64,000 nt of DNA, from assembly GCA_964420065.1 (NCBI GenBank), contig CAYQQK010000003.1, positions 84,525-148,524 on the forward strand, written 5' to 3'. Positions within the stretch are counted from its first letter, which is position 1; every line of letters starts with the position of its first letter. The notes below the pieces were generated by a model. The model worked only from the letters and a program-made list of their open reading frames with translations, was not told the origin of the DNA and ran no database searches. The DNA comes from an uncultured Syntrophomonadaceae bacterium. GTDB lineage: Bacteria; Bacillota; Dethiobacteria; DTU022. Made by a program: the position numbers and the translations under genes. Of this stretch, positions 47,965-58,221 are shown piece by piece.

Positions 47965-50047
47965 AGAACTGCTGCTGGAAATCGGTTGTGAGGAGATTCC
48001 TTCGCCATACATGGGGACGATCCTGGAGCAGTTCCGAAAAGAGACCGTCGCCTTGTTGGATGAAGAATATTTTGTTTATACCGGTCTGGAAACCTGGGGC
48101 ACCCCGAGGCGCCTGGTACTTTTGGTGGACAGGCTTGCGGAACGACAGGCGGACCGTCGCCTCAAAATCAAGGGCCCACCCCGCGATCGTGCTTTCACTT
48201 CCGACGGTCGTCCCACCCCGGCCTTGCTCGGCTTTGCTCGTGGCCATGGGGTGGTCCCGGAGGCATTGATCGTTGAGCAATACAAGGGGGCCAACTACAT
48301 GGTCTATTGCCGCCCCCTGCCCGGAAAACCGGCCCGGGAAGTATTGCCCGTCTTGCTACCCCGCCTGATCCAACGGTTAAGATTCCCCCGGGCGATGTAC
48401 TGGCAAAACCGGGAGGTGCGTTTTGCCCGTCCGCTACGTTGGTTGCTGGCCCTTTATGGTGGGGCGGTCGTACCCTTTACTTATGCCGGCCTCACTGCCG
48501 AGCGCCAAACGCGTGGCCATCGTTCCTTTAAGCCCGGTTCTTTTCCCGTCGCTTCCCCTGCCGATTATTTTCGTCGCCTGGAAACGAGTGCGGTTATTTT
48601 GAATCAGGCGCGCCGGCGGGATCTGATCCGGCGCCAGGTGCAGGAGGCGGCCTCGGCTCTGGGCGCATGCGCCTTGATCGATGTGAGTCTGCTTGAAGAG
48701 GTGACCTACCTGGTTGAAAACCCCACCGCCGTGACCGGCTCGTTCGACCGGAGGTACCTGGAGCTGCCCCGGGAGGTTCTGATCACCACCATGCAGCGCC
48801 ACCAGCGTTATTTTCCGGTTGCGGCCGCCGGGGTGGAAACGGCTGCACTTTTACCGTACTTTATCGGGATCAGCAACTCCGGCCGGCATGAAATCGTTCG
48901 CCGGGGATACGAAAAGGTCCTGGCAGCCCGGCTGGCCGACGCTCGTTTCTTTTTTGAGGAAGATTGTCAAAAACCCTTTGAGAGCAATCTTGCTCAACTG
49001 GACCGGGTGACCTATCAGGAATCCCTGGGCAGTCTCGATGCCAAACGGCGACGACTGGAACGGCTGGTTTGCATCCTCGGAAATCGGCTGACCCTTGCCG
49101 CACCCATTCTGCAGACGGCATTACGGGCCGCCCGCCTGTGCAAGGCCGATCTGGTGACACTGATGGTGAAAGAACTGCCGGAGCTGCAGGGGATCATGGG
49201 CCGGGAGTATGCCCTGGCCTCCGGCGAAGCGACGGAGGTAGCGCAAGCCATTGGCGAACACTACCTGCCACGCCATGCCGGCGATTCCTTGCCCGCTACC
49301 CTTGCGGGGGCCCTTGTTTCCCTGGCTGACCGTCTGGACACTTTGGCCGGGTGCTTTGCAGCAGGGATTCAGCCGACCGGTTCCCAGGATCCCTATGCCT
49401 TACGGCGCCAGGCCCTGGGCGCCGCAGCGATTCTTCTGGCCCACAACCTTGCCCTACCGCCGCAGGAACTTTTTGCGGCGGCGCTGGAAGGCTTGCCGGA
49501 ACAGGTGCCCCCGGAAACGGCGCAGTGTGGGGCGTTGCCCGGCTTGCTAAACGAATTTTTCCTGCAGCGGCTGCGGTTCCTTTTCCAGGAGAAAGGGCTT
49601 TCCCAGGCGGTTTGCGAGGCTGCCCTGGCTGTTCCCATTTCAAGTGTGTCCGGGGCCTACGGTTGCGCCGGTGCTCTGGAAAAACACCTGGGCACCCCAA
49701 CCCTGGCTGCTGTAATAGCCGTCTATAACCGGGTTGCCAACCTGGCCCGGAACCAGCATGATGTCGAACCCGATCCGTTGCTTTACATCGATGCCGCCGA
49801 AACCAATCTCCACGATATCTTGCAAAGAACCCGGGCCGGCCTTGAACTTGAGCTGATAAAAGGACGCTATGAAAACTGCCTCGTATTGCTGCAATCCCTC
49901 AAGGAACCGGTTGATCACTTTTTCGACGCGGTCCTGGTCATGGCGGAAGATAAACAGGTTCGTCAAAACCGCCTCAACCTTCTGGGCGCGGTGCAGGCTC
50001 TTTTCAAACGAATCGCCGATTTTTCCCTGCTGTCGTTACCGAGCTGA
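47957..50047 (+). CDS. glyS: Glycine--tRNA ligase beta subunit
   Basis: [15 protein letters not shown]... Start at ATG 47957 (8-nt overlap with glyQ) fits the family better than GTG 47948. Confidence 0.9.
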   Translation: MAEELLLEIGCEEIPSPYMGTILEQFRKETVALLDEEYFVYTGLETWGTPRRLVLLVDRLAERQADRRLKIKGPPRDRAFTSDGRPTPALLGFARGHGVVPEALIVEQYKGANYMVYCRPLPGKPAREVLPVLLPRLIQRLRFPRAMYWQNREVRFARPLRWLLALYGGAVVPFTYAGLTAERQTRGHRSFKPGSFPVASPADYFRRLETSAVILNQARRRDLIRRQVQEAASALGACALIDVSLLEEVTYLVENPTAVTGSFDRRYLELPREVLITTMQRHQRYFPVAAAGVETAALLPYFIGISNSGRHEIVRRGYEKVLAARLADARFFFEEDCQKPFESNLAQLDRVTYQESLGSLDAKRRRLERLVCILGNRLTLAAPILQTALRAARLCKADLVTLMVKELPELQGIMGREYALASGEATEVAQAIGEHYLPRHAGDSLPATLAGALVSLADRLDTLAGCFAAGIQPTGSQDPYALRRQALGAAAILLAHNLALPPQELFAAALEGLPEQVPPETAQCGALPGLLNEFFLQRLRFLFQEKGLSQAVCEAALAVPISSVSGAYGCAGALEKHLGTPTLAAVIAVYNRVANLARNQHDVEPDPLLYIDAAETNLHDILQRTRAGLELELIKGRYENCLVLLQSLKEPVDHFFDAVLVMAEDKQVRQNRLNLLGAVQALFKRIADFSLLSLPS

Positions 50048-50127
50048 AGAAGAGGAAGGGCCGTTTGCGGCAGTTTTTGTAATATTTTAAGCGGTCATAG
50101 GAGACTATCGCCGGGGGGGATGATCAA

Positions 50128-50943
50128 ATGAAACCTTTACCAAAACCGACCGTCTATATTATCTCCGATTCCATCGGTGAAACGGCGGAATTCGTGGTCA
50201 AGGCCGTGGCCAGCCAGTACGCTTCCGGCAGTGTGGAAATTCGCCGCGCTTCCTTTGTCAGTGACGCCGGGCGGATTCAAGAGATCGTGCTCGAAGCAAA
50301 GCGGGCCGGTGCTGCGGTGGCATACACCCTGGTATTGCCGGAGCTACGGCGGGCGCTTGAAGAGGAGGCGGCAAAGCGGGGTGTACCCACCGCCGACATC
50401 CTCGGGCCGACGATGGAAGCCTTTTCCCGGATCGTGGCTATCGAACCCCGCCTCAAACCGGGCCGGGTGCGCAGCCTGGATGAAGAATATTTTCGTCGTG
50501 TTGCGGCCGTAGAATTTGCCGTCAAGTACGATGACGGCAAGGATCCGCGCGGTATCCTCCGTGCCCAGGTCGTCCTGATCGGCGTTTCCCGCACCTCCAA
50601 GACCCCCCTGAGCATGTACCTGGCCCACCGCCGCATTCTTGTGGCCAATCTGCCGCTGGTTCCGGAAGTCGAGCCCCCCGAAGAATTGTTTTGGGTCCCC
50701 CCAAAAAAAGTAGTCGGGCTCGTGATTGACCCCCATCAATTAAAACGAATTCGTCGAGAAAGGCTCAACGCACTGGGCCTTGACGCCCATGCCAGCTATG
50801 CTTCTCTTGAAAGGATCATCGAAGAGCTGGAACATGCCCGCAGTGTAATGAAAAAGGTCGGTTGCGTTGTTTTTGATGTTTCCAACAAGGCGGTCGAAGA
50901 AGTGGCTAGCAAAATTTTGCAAATGGTAAGGGAGGAAGACTGA
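50128..50943 (+). CDS. Pyruvate,phosphate dikinase regulatory protein (PDRP, DUF299/YqfL-like)
   Basis: YIISDSIGETAE... and P-loop GVSRTSKTPLS. Directly upstream of ppdK. Confidence 0.85.
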   Translation: MKPLPKPTVYIISDSIGETAEFVVKAVASQYASGSVEIRRASFVSDAGRIQEIVLEAKRAGAAVAYTLVLPELRRALEEEAAKRGVPTADILGPTMEAFSRIVAIEPRLKPGRVRSLDEEYFRRVAAVEFAVKYDDGKDPRGILRAQVVLIGVSRTSKTPLSMYLAHRRILVANLPLVPEVEPPEELFWVPPKKVVGLVIDPHQLKRIRRERLNALGLDAHASYASLERIIEELEHARSVMKKVGCVVFDVSNKAVEEVASKILQMVREED

Positions 50944-53618
50944 TGGGCGAGAATGCGCAAGCGGTCTTTCTATTCAGCGAGGGTAATGCATCCATGAAAG
51001 AACTTCTGGGCGGCAAGGGGGCAAACCTGGCCGAGATGACCCGCCTCGGTTTGCCGGTACCGCCCGGCTTTTGCATTACTACGGCAGCCTGCAACCGCTT
51101 TTACCGGGAAGGCCGCCGTACCTGGCCGGCACTGGAGTCGGAAATCGGGGAAGCTTTGGCCCGGCTTGAAAAACAGGCTGCACGACGCTTCGGCGGCCGG
51201 CCCCCGCTGCTGCTCTCGGTGCGCTCCGGGGCGGCGATTTCGATGCCGGGGATGATGGACACCATTTTGAACTTGGGTCTGAATGATGTAACGGTAGAAG
51301 GGTTGGCCGTGCAGCTTGCCGACCGGCGCTTTGCCTTCGACTGTTATCGCCGGTTTATCCAGATGTTTGCCGGGGTTGTGCTCAAGATAGATCGATCTCA
51401 TTTTGACGATATCCTTGCCAAAAAGCAGGCCCCCTTCGGGGCCCGGGATGATACCGCCCTGACCGCTTCGGACATTGAAGCTGTCGTGGAAGCGTTCAAA
51501 GAAGTGGTACAGCGGGAAACAGGTCATCCTTTCCCCGCCGATCCCTGGACACAGCTTCTCCTTTCCATCCAGGCAGTTTTTGATTCATGGCATACTCCCC
51601 GGGCGGAAGTTTACCGTGAAGTCCACCGCATTCCGGAAAACCTTGGCACCGCGGTCAACGTGCAGGTGATGGTTTTTGGCAACCTTGGCCGGAACAGTGG
51701 GACCGGGGTGGCCTTTACCCGTAACCCTTCAACCGGTGAAGCTTCGCTTTATGGGGAATACCTATTAAACGCCCAGGGGGAAGACGTGGTCGCCGGAACC
51801 AGCACTCCGAAGCCATTGGCAGAGCTGAGCGATGACATGCCCGAAGTCTATGTGCAATTCCAAAAAACTTGCCGCATCCTGGAGCAGCATTACCGGGACA
51901 TGCAGGATATTGAGTTTACCATTGAACAGGGCAAGCTCTACCTGCTCCAAACCCGTACCGGTAAACGGACTGTCGCCGCCGCAATCAAGATTGCCGTCGA
52001 TCTTGTAAGTGAAGGGCTGATCACCCGGGAAGAAGCCCTTCTGCGCCTGGATCCGCTCCAACTGGAGCAGCTTTTGCACCGTTGCATTGATCCGGAAGCA
52101 AAGTTGGCCCTTATTGCCCGGGGTCTTCCGGCTTCTCCCGGGGCGGCCTTCGGCCGGATCGTTTTTGACGCTGAACGGGCCGTGGCTGTCGCTTCGGATG
52201 GTCAAAAGGTGATCCTGGTCCGTCCCGAAACTACTCCCGATGATATACATGGTATTATCGCCGCGCAGGGGGTGCTGACCAGCCGGGGCGGGATGACCAG
52301 CCATGCTGCGGTTGTAGCCCGGGGTATGGGTAAGCCCTGCGTTTGCGGTTGTGAAGTGATAAAAGTGGACCAAACCGGAAAATATTTCACCATCGGCGAA
52401 AAGCATTACCACGAGGGTGAAATGATATCACTTGATGGGACGACCGGGAAGGTTATCATGGGTGAAGTGCCGTTGATCGAGCCCGAACTTACGGTTGAAT
52501 TCAAAAAGTTGCTTTCCTGGGCCGATTCGGTCAGGAGCCTCGGTATACGCGCCAATGCCGATACTCCCGCGGATGCTCGCCGAGCGGTTCAACTTGGTGC
52601 TGAAGGGATTGGTCTCTGCCGAACCGAGCACATGTTTATGCTTCCGGAACGAATTCCGGTGGTCCAACGGATGATCCTTGCTGTAACACCGGGCGAACGG
52701 GAACAGGCGCTGGACGAATTGTTACCGCTGCAGATCAGCGACTTCATGGGTATCTTGCGGGAAATGGTCGGGTTGCCGGTGACTATCCGCCTGCTTGATC
52801 CGCCCTTGCACGAATTTCTTCCGAACCGGGACGAGCTGCTGCTCGAGGTGCACCGGTTACGTCGGGAGGCGAGGGAGGGTGATCGCGAAACACTACACCG
52901 CAAAGGGGAGTTATTGCAAAAGATCCGTGCCTTGGGTGAAGCCAACCCGATGCTCGGCCACCGCGGTTGCCGTCTCGGGCTGGTTTATCCCGACATCTAC
53001 CGGATGCAGGTAAAGGCCATTTTTCTTGCCGCTACGGCGCTGGTTGAAGAGGGTTTTGCCCCGGACCGGATCAAACTTGAGATCATGATCCCTCTTGTCG
53101 GGCATCCGACGGAGCTGGAGCGGATGAAGATGTTGGTCGATGAGGCGGTCCGGGAGGTATTTCCGAACCGCGCTGACTGTCTGCCAAACTATCGCATCGG
53201 GACCATGATCGAGCTGCCACGAGCCTGCCTGGTCGCGGAAAGCCTGGCGAAAACCGCCCAGTTTTTTTCGTTCGGGACGAACGATCTCACCCAAACCACG
53301 CTCGGTTACAGCCGTGATGATGTTGAGGCGAAGTTTTTACCCTTTTATCTGCAACAGAAAATTTTGGCGGTGAACCCATTTGTCGAGCTAGACGTTGAAG
53401 GTGTCGGCGAGTTGATCCGGGTCGCCTGCGCCGGAGGCCGTCGGGCCCGGCCGGAAATCAAGTTGGGTGTGTGCGGTGAGCATGGCGGCGATCCTATTTC
53501 TATCGCCTTCTTTCAAGGCGCCGGGTTGGACTATGTCAGTTGTTCTCCCTACCGTCTGCCCATTGCCCGGCTTGCCGCTGCACAGGCAACGCTCAGGGCG
53601 GGGTCCGATCAAAGGTAG
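50943..53618 (+). CDS. ppdK: Pyruvate,phosphate dikinase
   Basis: 891 aa: PEP-utilising N-terminal ATP-grasp, phospho-His domain (GGMTSHAAVVARGMG), C-terminal TIM barrel (GTNDLTQ). Start overlaps the PDRP stop (TGATG). Confidence 0.95.
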   Translation: MGENAQAVFLFSEGNASMKELLGGKGANLAEMTRLGLPVPPGFCITTAACNRFYREGRRTWPALESEIGEALARLEKQAARRFGGRPPLLLSVRSGAAISMPGMMDTILNLGLNDVTVEGLAVQLADRRFAFDCYRRFIQMFAGVVLKIDRSHFDDILAKKQAPFGARDDTALTASDIEAVVEAFKEVVQRETGHPFPADPWTQLLLSIQAVFDSWHTPRAEVYREVHRIPENLGTAVNVQVMVFGNLGRNSGTGVAFTRNPSTGEASLYGEYLLNAQGEDVVAGTSTPKPLAELSDDMPEVYVQFQKTCRILEQHYRDMQDIEFTIEQGKLYLLQTRTGKRTVAAAIKIAVDLVSEGLITREEALLRLDPLQLEQLLHRCIDPEAKLALIARGLPASPGAAFGRIVFDAERAVAVASDGQKVILVRPETTPDDIHGIIAAQGVLTSRGGMTSHAAVVARGMGKPCVCGCEVIKVDQTGKYFTIGEKHYHEGEMISLDGTTGKVIMGEVPLIEPELTVEFKKLLSWADSVRSLGIRANADTPADARRAVQLGAEGIGLCRTEHMFMLPERIPVVQRMILAVTPGEREQALDELLPLQISDFMGILREMVGLPVTIRLLDPPLHEFLPNRDELLLEVHRLRREAREGDRETLHRKGELLQKIRALGEANPMLGHRGCRLGLVYPDIYRMQVKAIFLAATALVEEGFAPDRIKLEIMIPLVGHPTELERMKMLVDEAVREVFPNRADCLPNYRIGTMIELPRACLVAESLAKTAQFFSFGTNDLTQTTLGYSRDDVEAKFLPFYLQQKILAVNPFVELDVEGVGELIRVACAGGRRARPEIKLGVCGEHGGDPISIAFFQGAGLDYVSCSPYRLPIARLAAAQATLRAGSDQR

Positions 53619-53698
53619 AAAAATTATGCCGGAAAATTGCTGCGGGTAAGAGAGGCCGGGTTTGAGGCACTGGTAAAATATAGTCCCGTAGCCGGGGG

Positions 53699-54871
53699 TT
53701 ATTTCCCCGGCTTGACTTTTCCCCACAGTGATGCCAGGAGATCGGTGAAATTACGCCACACCGAATGGAAAAAACCCAATTTTTCCACCGGGCCGGCGGT
53801 CACCAACTCCACTTCGCCCACCGTTTCCCCCGCAAGGGTAACGGTTACCGCCCCAATGGTTTTTCCCTCCTCAAACGGGGCCGTCAGGGTTTCCGGTGAC
53901 TGCACCGTAAACTGTAGTTTATCCGCCTCGCCCCGGGGCAGCATCGCTTTCACCGGTCCCGCCGCCACCAGTTTCACTTCCCGAACGGTTCCTCGGGTCA
54001 CATTGGCGGAAGCAAAAAGCTGTCCCTCCTCCACTGCGGTGGCCAGCTCATAATTACGGAAACCATGGTTTAACAATATTTCACAGTCCTGGCCTCGTAT
54101 CGAGTCGGAAGCGCAATTCAAAACCACCGTGATCAGACGCATTCCATTTTGGACGGCGGTAGCGACAAGGCAGGACCCTGCCTCGGGGGTGTTGCCGGTT
54201 TTGGTCCCGTCGGCACCGGGAAAAGTGCCCAACAGAGGATTGCGATTGAATTGCCTGATGCCGTTAAAAGTAAACTCTCGCTCTGCCTGGAACGCTGCCG
54301 CTTCCGGCTGGGTGCGGATGAAAAAGGCGGTCAGCTTTGCCATATCCAGTGCGGTAGTGACATGATCCGGGTGATGCAGCCCGTGGCTGTTCATATAATG
54401 GGTATTGGTCAGCCCCAGTTCCGTTGCCCGTTGATTCATTTTTTGGGCAAAAACGGTTTCGGAACCATACAGGTATTCCGCCACAGCCACGCAGGCATCA
54501 TTGGCCGAAACGATAGCGATGCCCCGGAGCATCTCCCGGAAGGTGGTCTGCTGACCGGCATCGAGAAACATGGTGGAGCCGCCGGTTTTCCAGGCTCTTT
54601 CGCTAGCGGTGATCACTGTATCCCAGTCCATCCCCCCGCGTTCCTTTTCCTCCATGGCCAGGAGCAGGGTCATGATCTTGGTCAGGCTGGCCGGGTACAT
54701 GGTCTCCTCGGCGTTTTTGGCGTACAGCACTTGACCGGTGCCGGCTTCGATCAGAACGGCTGCCTGCGCACTCAGTTCAAACTCGACCGGGGATTGGGCG
54801 GAAGCAAAGCCGGTAGCATGGATTGGATTCAACAACAGCAATGCGGTCAGGATAACAGTTAAAAAATACAT
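53699..54871 (-). CDS. dacB: D-alanyl-D-alanine carboxypeptidase (peptidase S11, DacB/DacF-like)
   Basis: Signal peptide; SxxK (SLTK), SxN (SAND), KTG (KTGNT). Start at the internal ATG 54871 because the longest ORF would collide with the isf start. Confidence 0.8.
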   Translation of the reverse strand: MYFLTVILTALLLLNPIHATGFASAQSPVEFELSAQAAVLIEAGTGQVLYAKNAEETMYPASLTKIMTLLLAMEEKERGGMDWDTVITASERAWKTGGSTMFLDAGQQTTFREMLRGIAIVSANDACVAVAEYLYGSETVFAQKMNQRATELGLTNTHYMNSHGLHHPDHVTTALDMAKLTAFFIRTQPEAAAFQAEREFTFNGIRQFNRNPLLGTFPGADGTKTGNTPEAGSCLVATAVQNGMRLITVVLNCASDSIRGQDCEILLNHGFRNYELATAVEEGQLFASANVTRGTVREVKLVAAGPVKAMLPRGEADKLQFTVQSPETLTAPFEEGKTIGAVTVTLAGETVGEVELVTAGPVEKLGFFHSVWRNFTDLLASLWGKVKPGK

Positions 54872-54975
54872 TTGTAGGCGGTGCACCACCTTGGGATTTC
54901 CCTCCTTGTGCAATATGTTGTAGTTCGGTACAATACGATGGGGTTTGGGAACAACCCCGGAAAGGAGCATGCCAA

Positions 54976-55581
54976 ATGTATATCCTGGCTTTAAACGGTA
55001 GTCCCCACCAGGAGGGTAACACGGCTTTTCTTTTAAAAACAGCCCTGGCTGCCGCTGCAGAGGCGGGGGCTGAAACGGAAATCGTCCACGTCGAGGCGAT
55101 CATGGCCACTCAAAAAACGCCATATTGCCGGGTCTGTTCTTCTCCCTGCACCGGTGCTTGCTACCGGGGGACCGAAGTGGAGGCGGTTTTCGAGCGGATG
55201 CGCCGGGCCGGGGGGATCATCCTGGGCAGCCCGGTTTATTTTGGCACCGTCTCCGCACCATTGAAAGGTTTTTGGGACAAGTCCCGCCTTTTGCGGACCG
55301 GTAAGGCTCTCCTGAACACGGTTGGCGCGGCGCTAAGTTGTGCCAGGACCCGTTTTGGGGGCCAAGAAACCACCCTTCGCGCTCTCCATGACCTCATGCT
55401 TGTGCAAGGGATGATCCTGGTCGGTGATGGACACCGTGATTTTGACGCGGGACACCACGGTGTGTGTGCCCAGCAGCCGGCGACCGGTGACGCCAACGCC
55501 CGGGAACGGGCGCGAATTCTTGGACTGCGGGTGGCGGAGATAGCCCGTGCCACTGCATCTTTGCGCTGCCTACCACGGTGA
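54976..55581 (+). CDS. Iron-sulfur flavoprotein (NADPH-dependent FMN reductase fold with a Cys cluster)
   Basis: MYILALNGSPHQEGNT (flavodoxin-like), compact Cys motif CRVCSSPCTGAC, GSPVYFGTVS. A sigmaA-like promoter TTGTGC-17-TACAAT lies upstream. Confidence 0.7.
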   Translation: MYILALNGSPHQEGNTAFLLKTALAAAAEAGAETEIVHVEAIMATQKTPYCRVCSSPCTGACYRGTEVEAVFERMRRAGGIILGSPVYFGTVSAPLKGFWDKSRLLRTGKALLNTVGAALSCARTRFGGQETTLRALHDLMLVQGMILVGDGHRDFDAGHHGVCAQQPATGDANARERARILGLRVAEIARATASLRCLPR

Positions 55582-55801
55582 ACGATAAAAGAAAACCGCT
55601 GCTTTGATTTCGACAGGGATCGGTCAACTCCTTCTGGTAAATATTCTGCAATTGCGGCGATGGGCGGGGTCGTGGATCGAATCACAGCTCTTAAGATTGC
55701 GGGAAGCCTCTTTTTTCACTCAAGTTTATTAATTAACAGGAAAAAGGGCTTTGGTGGCGAATACATGCCTGGGAACATTTTTTTGTTAGGAGTGATTTAT
55801 A

Positions 55802-57874
55802 TTGTCTCAGCAACAAACGACCGATCCCTATCTTCCCCCTTGTCAGGTGGCCTGTCCCATACACCAGGATGTACGGGGCTACCTTTTTGCCATAGCGACG
55901 GGTAATTTTGACCGGGCTCTGGCAATAGTCAAAGAAACAAATCCCCTCCCTTTTATTTGCGGTACAATCTGCGCGCGCCATTGCGAAGATGAATGCCGCC
56001 GTGCCGATGTCGACGAAGCCGTATTCATTCGCGCACTGAAGCGAGCCGCTGCGGAAAAAGGCTCGGCCAGGGTTTCCCCCGTATCTATTCCGAAGGATAA
56101 AGGGAAGGTGGCCGTAATCGGCGCCGGACCGGGGGGCCTCACGGCCGCCTACGATCTGGCCCGCAAGGGCTGCGCGGTAACGGTTTTTGAACGGGATCAA
56201 ATGGCCGGTGGAGCGGTCCGCCAGTTCATCCCGCTCTACCGTCTTCCCGATGAAGCAATTGATCAAGATCTGGAGGATATTGCCGGCCAGGGAGTTGAGT
56301 TTCGTTACGGCATGGAGTTGGGGAAAAACTTGACACTGGATCAACTGGAGCAGGAAGGCTACGAGGCGACCTTGGTTGCCTTGGGTCTGCCGCTCAGCCA
56401 TAGTTTGAACATCCCCGGGGCCGAGGGTGACGGGGTACTTCATGCTTTATCCTTCCTGAAACAGGTCAAACGTGAAGATTTCAAATTTGAAGGCAGCCCC
56501 ACTGTAGTTGTCATCGGGGGCGGTAACGTGGCCATGGATGTGGCCCGTTCGGCGGTGCGCTGCGGTGCGGGCAAGGTCAAGGTGGTCTGCCTGGAATCAG
56601 CGGTAGAAATGCCGGCTTTCCCCTGGGAAATCGAAGAGGCCAAGGAAGAAGGGGTGGAATTCTACTGTTCCTGGGGTCCCGATAAGATCAAACGGGAAGA
56701 AGGACGCATCACGGGGTTGGAAATGGTGCAATGTACCTGCGTTTTTGATGCGGAACAGCGTTTTGCCCCACAATATAATCGTGAATGCCTTGAATTTGTT
56801 TCGGGTGACATCATTGTTTTTTCGATCGGCCAGAAGGGTGATCCTGAACCGTTGCGCGGCGAGATTGAGCTCGACGAACGCGGGCGTGTCATTTTCAATG
56901 CCGAAACGATGGCCACCAACCGCAGGGGCGTATTTATTTGCGGCGAAATGGCTCTTGGCCCCGGCACGGCGGTGCAGGCCATGGCTGACGGTCGCAAGGC
57001 CGCCCTGTCTTTACTTGCCTACCTCGAAAACGGTGCTTTCGATTCCGCCTCGCTGGAGGTTGCACCTGCCCTGGATAAGCTGGAAAGTGGAATTTGCGAA
57101 AAAGTGAAGCGTATCGACCGCTCAATCCTACCGATGATCGAACCGGTCGAGCGGATCAAGCATTACCGGCAGGTCGAACAGGGCTTCGACGTTCCCGGTG
57201 CCGTTTACGAGGCTCGTCGCTGTCTGGCCTGTGCCGCCGGGGCCGAGCGGGTTGAAGAATTATGTGCCAACTGCCTCACCTGCCTGCGCATCTGTCCTTA
57301 CGATGTACCGGTGATTGATGAAGAAGGCCAGGTGAACGTGCGTAATGAAATGTGTCAGGCTTGCGGGCTTTGCGTCGGCATATGTCCCGCTTACGCGATC
57401 AAATTCCGTTCTTCCTACATCGACGATGCCGTTGCCGCGATCGAACCGGCGGTAAAAGATCTTCTGGCCCGTCGCAACGGCAAGCCGCTTATTCTTGCGC
57501 TTACCTGCGCTTACGGGGCTTTTGCCTTGCCCGAGTTTTTAGATTTCAAAGCGGACAATGTTGCCGTGGTTCGCTTCCCCTGTATCGCCAAGATCGATTC
57601 GCTGCACTTGCTCAAAGCGATGGAACTTGGGGTGGACGGTGTTGTCATGGTTGGTTGTAAGGATGAAACCCGTTTCCAATGTCAGTACCAGGACAGCGCC
57701 TTCTGGGCCGGCCGGCATGCCGACCGGGCGCGCAAAGTTCTGAGGGATCTTGGTCTGGAAGAAGAACGCCTGATGCTGGTTGAGCTATCCCAAGAAGAAG
57801 TATCCGATTTCGGTAAGGTTCTCGAGGATGCTGCCGGTAAACTGGCCGCACTTGGCTCATCACCTCTAGGTTAA
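55802..57874 (+). CDS. Multidomain oxidoreductase: GltD/SudA-like NAD(P)H:FAD oxidoreductase + 2x[4Fe-4S] ferredoxin + C-terminal MvhD/FlpD-like domain
   Basis: N-terminal Cys-rich helical ferredoxin-like domain (CQVACPIH...CGTICARHCEDEC); two Rossmann folds (VAVIGAGPGGLTAA, VVVIGGGNVAMD); CANCLTCLRICP and CQACGLCVGICP; C-terminus ILALTCAYGAF...GVDGVVMVGCKDETRFQCQY resembling MvhD. Confidence 0.75.
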   Translation: MSQQQTTDPYLPPCQVACPIHQDVRGYLFAIATGNFDRALAIVKETNPLPFICGTICARHCEDECRRADVDEAVFIRALKRAAAEKGSARVSPVSIPKDKGKVAVIGAGPGGLTAAYDLARKGCAVTVFERDQMAGGAVRQFIPLYRLPDEAIDQDLEDIAGQGVEFRYGMELGKNLTLDQLEQEGYEATLVALGLPLSHSLNIPGAEGDGVLHALSFLKQVKREDFKFEGSPTVVVIGGGNVAMDVARSAVRCGAGKVKVVCLESAVEMPAFPWEIEEAKEEGVEFYCSWGPDKIKREEGRITGLEMVQCTCVFDAEQRFAPQYNRECLEFVSGDIIVFSIGQKGDPEPLRGEIELDERGRVIFNAETMATNRRGVFICGEMALGPGTAVQAMADGRKAALSLLAYLENGAFDSASLEVAPALDKLESGICEKVKRIDRSILPMIEPVERIKHYRQVEQGFDVPGAVYEARRCLACAAGAERVEELCANCLTCLRICPYDVPVIDEEGQVNVRNEMCQACGLCVGICPAYAIKFRSSYIDDAVAAIEPAVKDLLARRNGKPLILALTCAYGAFALPEFLDFKADNVAVVRFPCIAKIDSLHLLKAMELGVDGVVMVGCKDETRFQCQYQDSAFWAGRHADRARKVLRDLGLEEERLMLVELSQEEVSDFGKVLEDAAGKLAALGSSPLG

Positions 57875-58221
57875 TCGGGGGGTGAGGCACCATCTGCGCC
57901 TTCTGAAAATCATGATTGATCCTTTGGATACGGTGCGACTGATTGGCACCGGGGCGGGGTATCATCCCCGCCCGTTTTTTCACATGTATCGCTGCCCGTT
58001 CATTGTATCATTGCCCCGGGATGATGAGATATAATAATGTTAAAACAAAAGGGTTCGATTGTACGGATATAATGCCCATTACATTCCCTGCCCGGGCACT
58101 GTTATGTTCCGCCGGGTATGGTTTTTGTTTTCTTATATTATGCTGTTCCCGCCGTATAAAAGGATCGCTCTGCTCGTCCGGGGAGGTTACGAAGCTGGCA
58201 CCGATCGAAATTCGTCGTTGC

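Noticed and set aside
54872-54970. Longest-ORF start of dacB at 54970
   Set aside because: It would place the dacB start 6 nt from the divergent isf start and remove both promoters. The internal ATG 54871 gives a normal signal peptide (MYFLTVILTALLLL...).
57943-58221. Upstream extension of dgt (ORF-track start 57943) encoding a Cys-rich 93-aa N-terminal extension
   Set aside because: dGTPase-like proteins begin near the ...LSPYA...QRDRDRI block. The extension is AT-rich, has odd composition and no homology, so it is treated as 5' leader.
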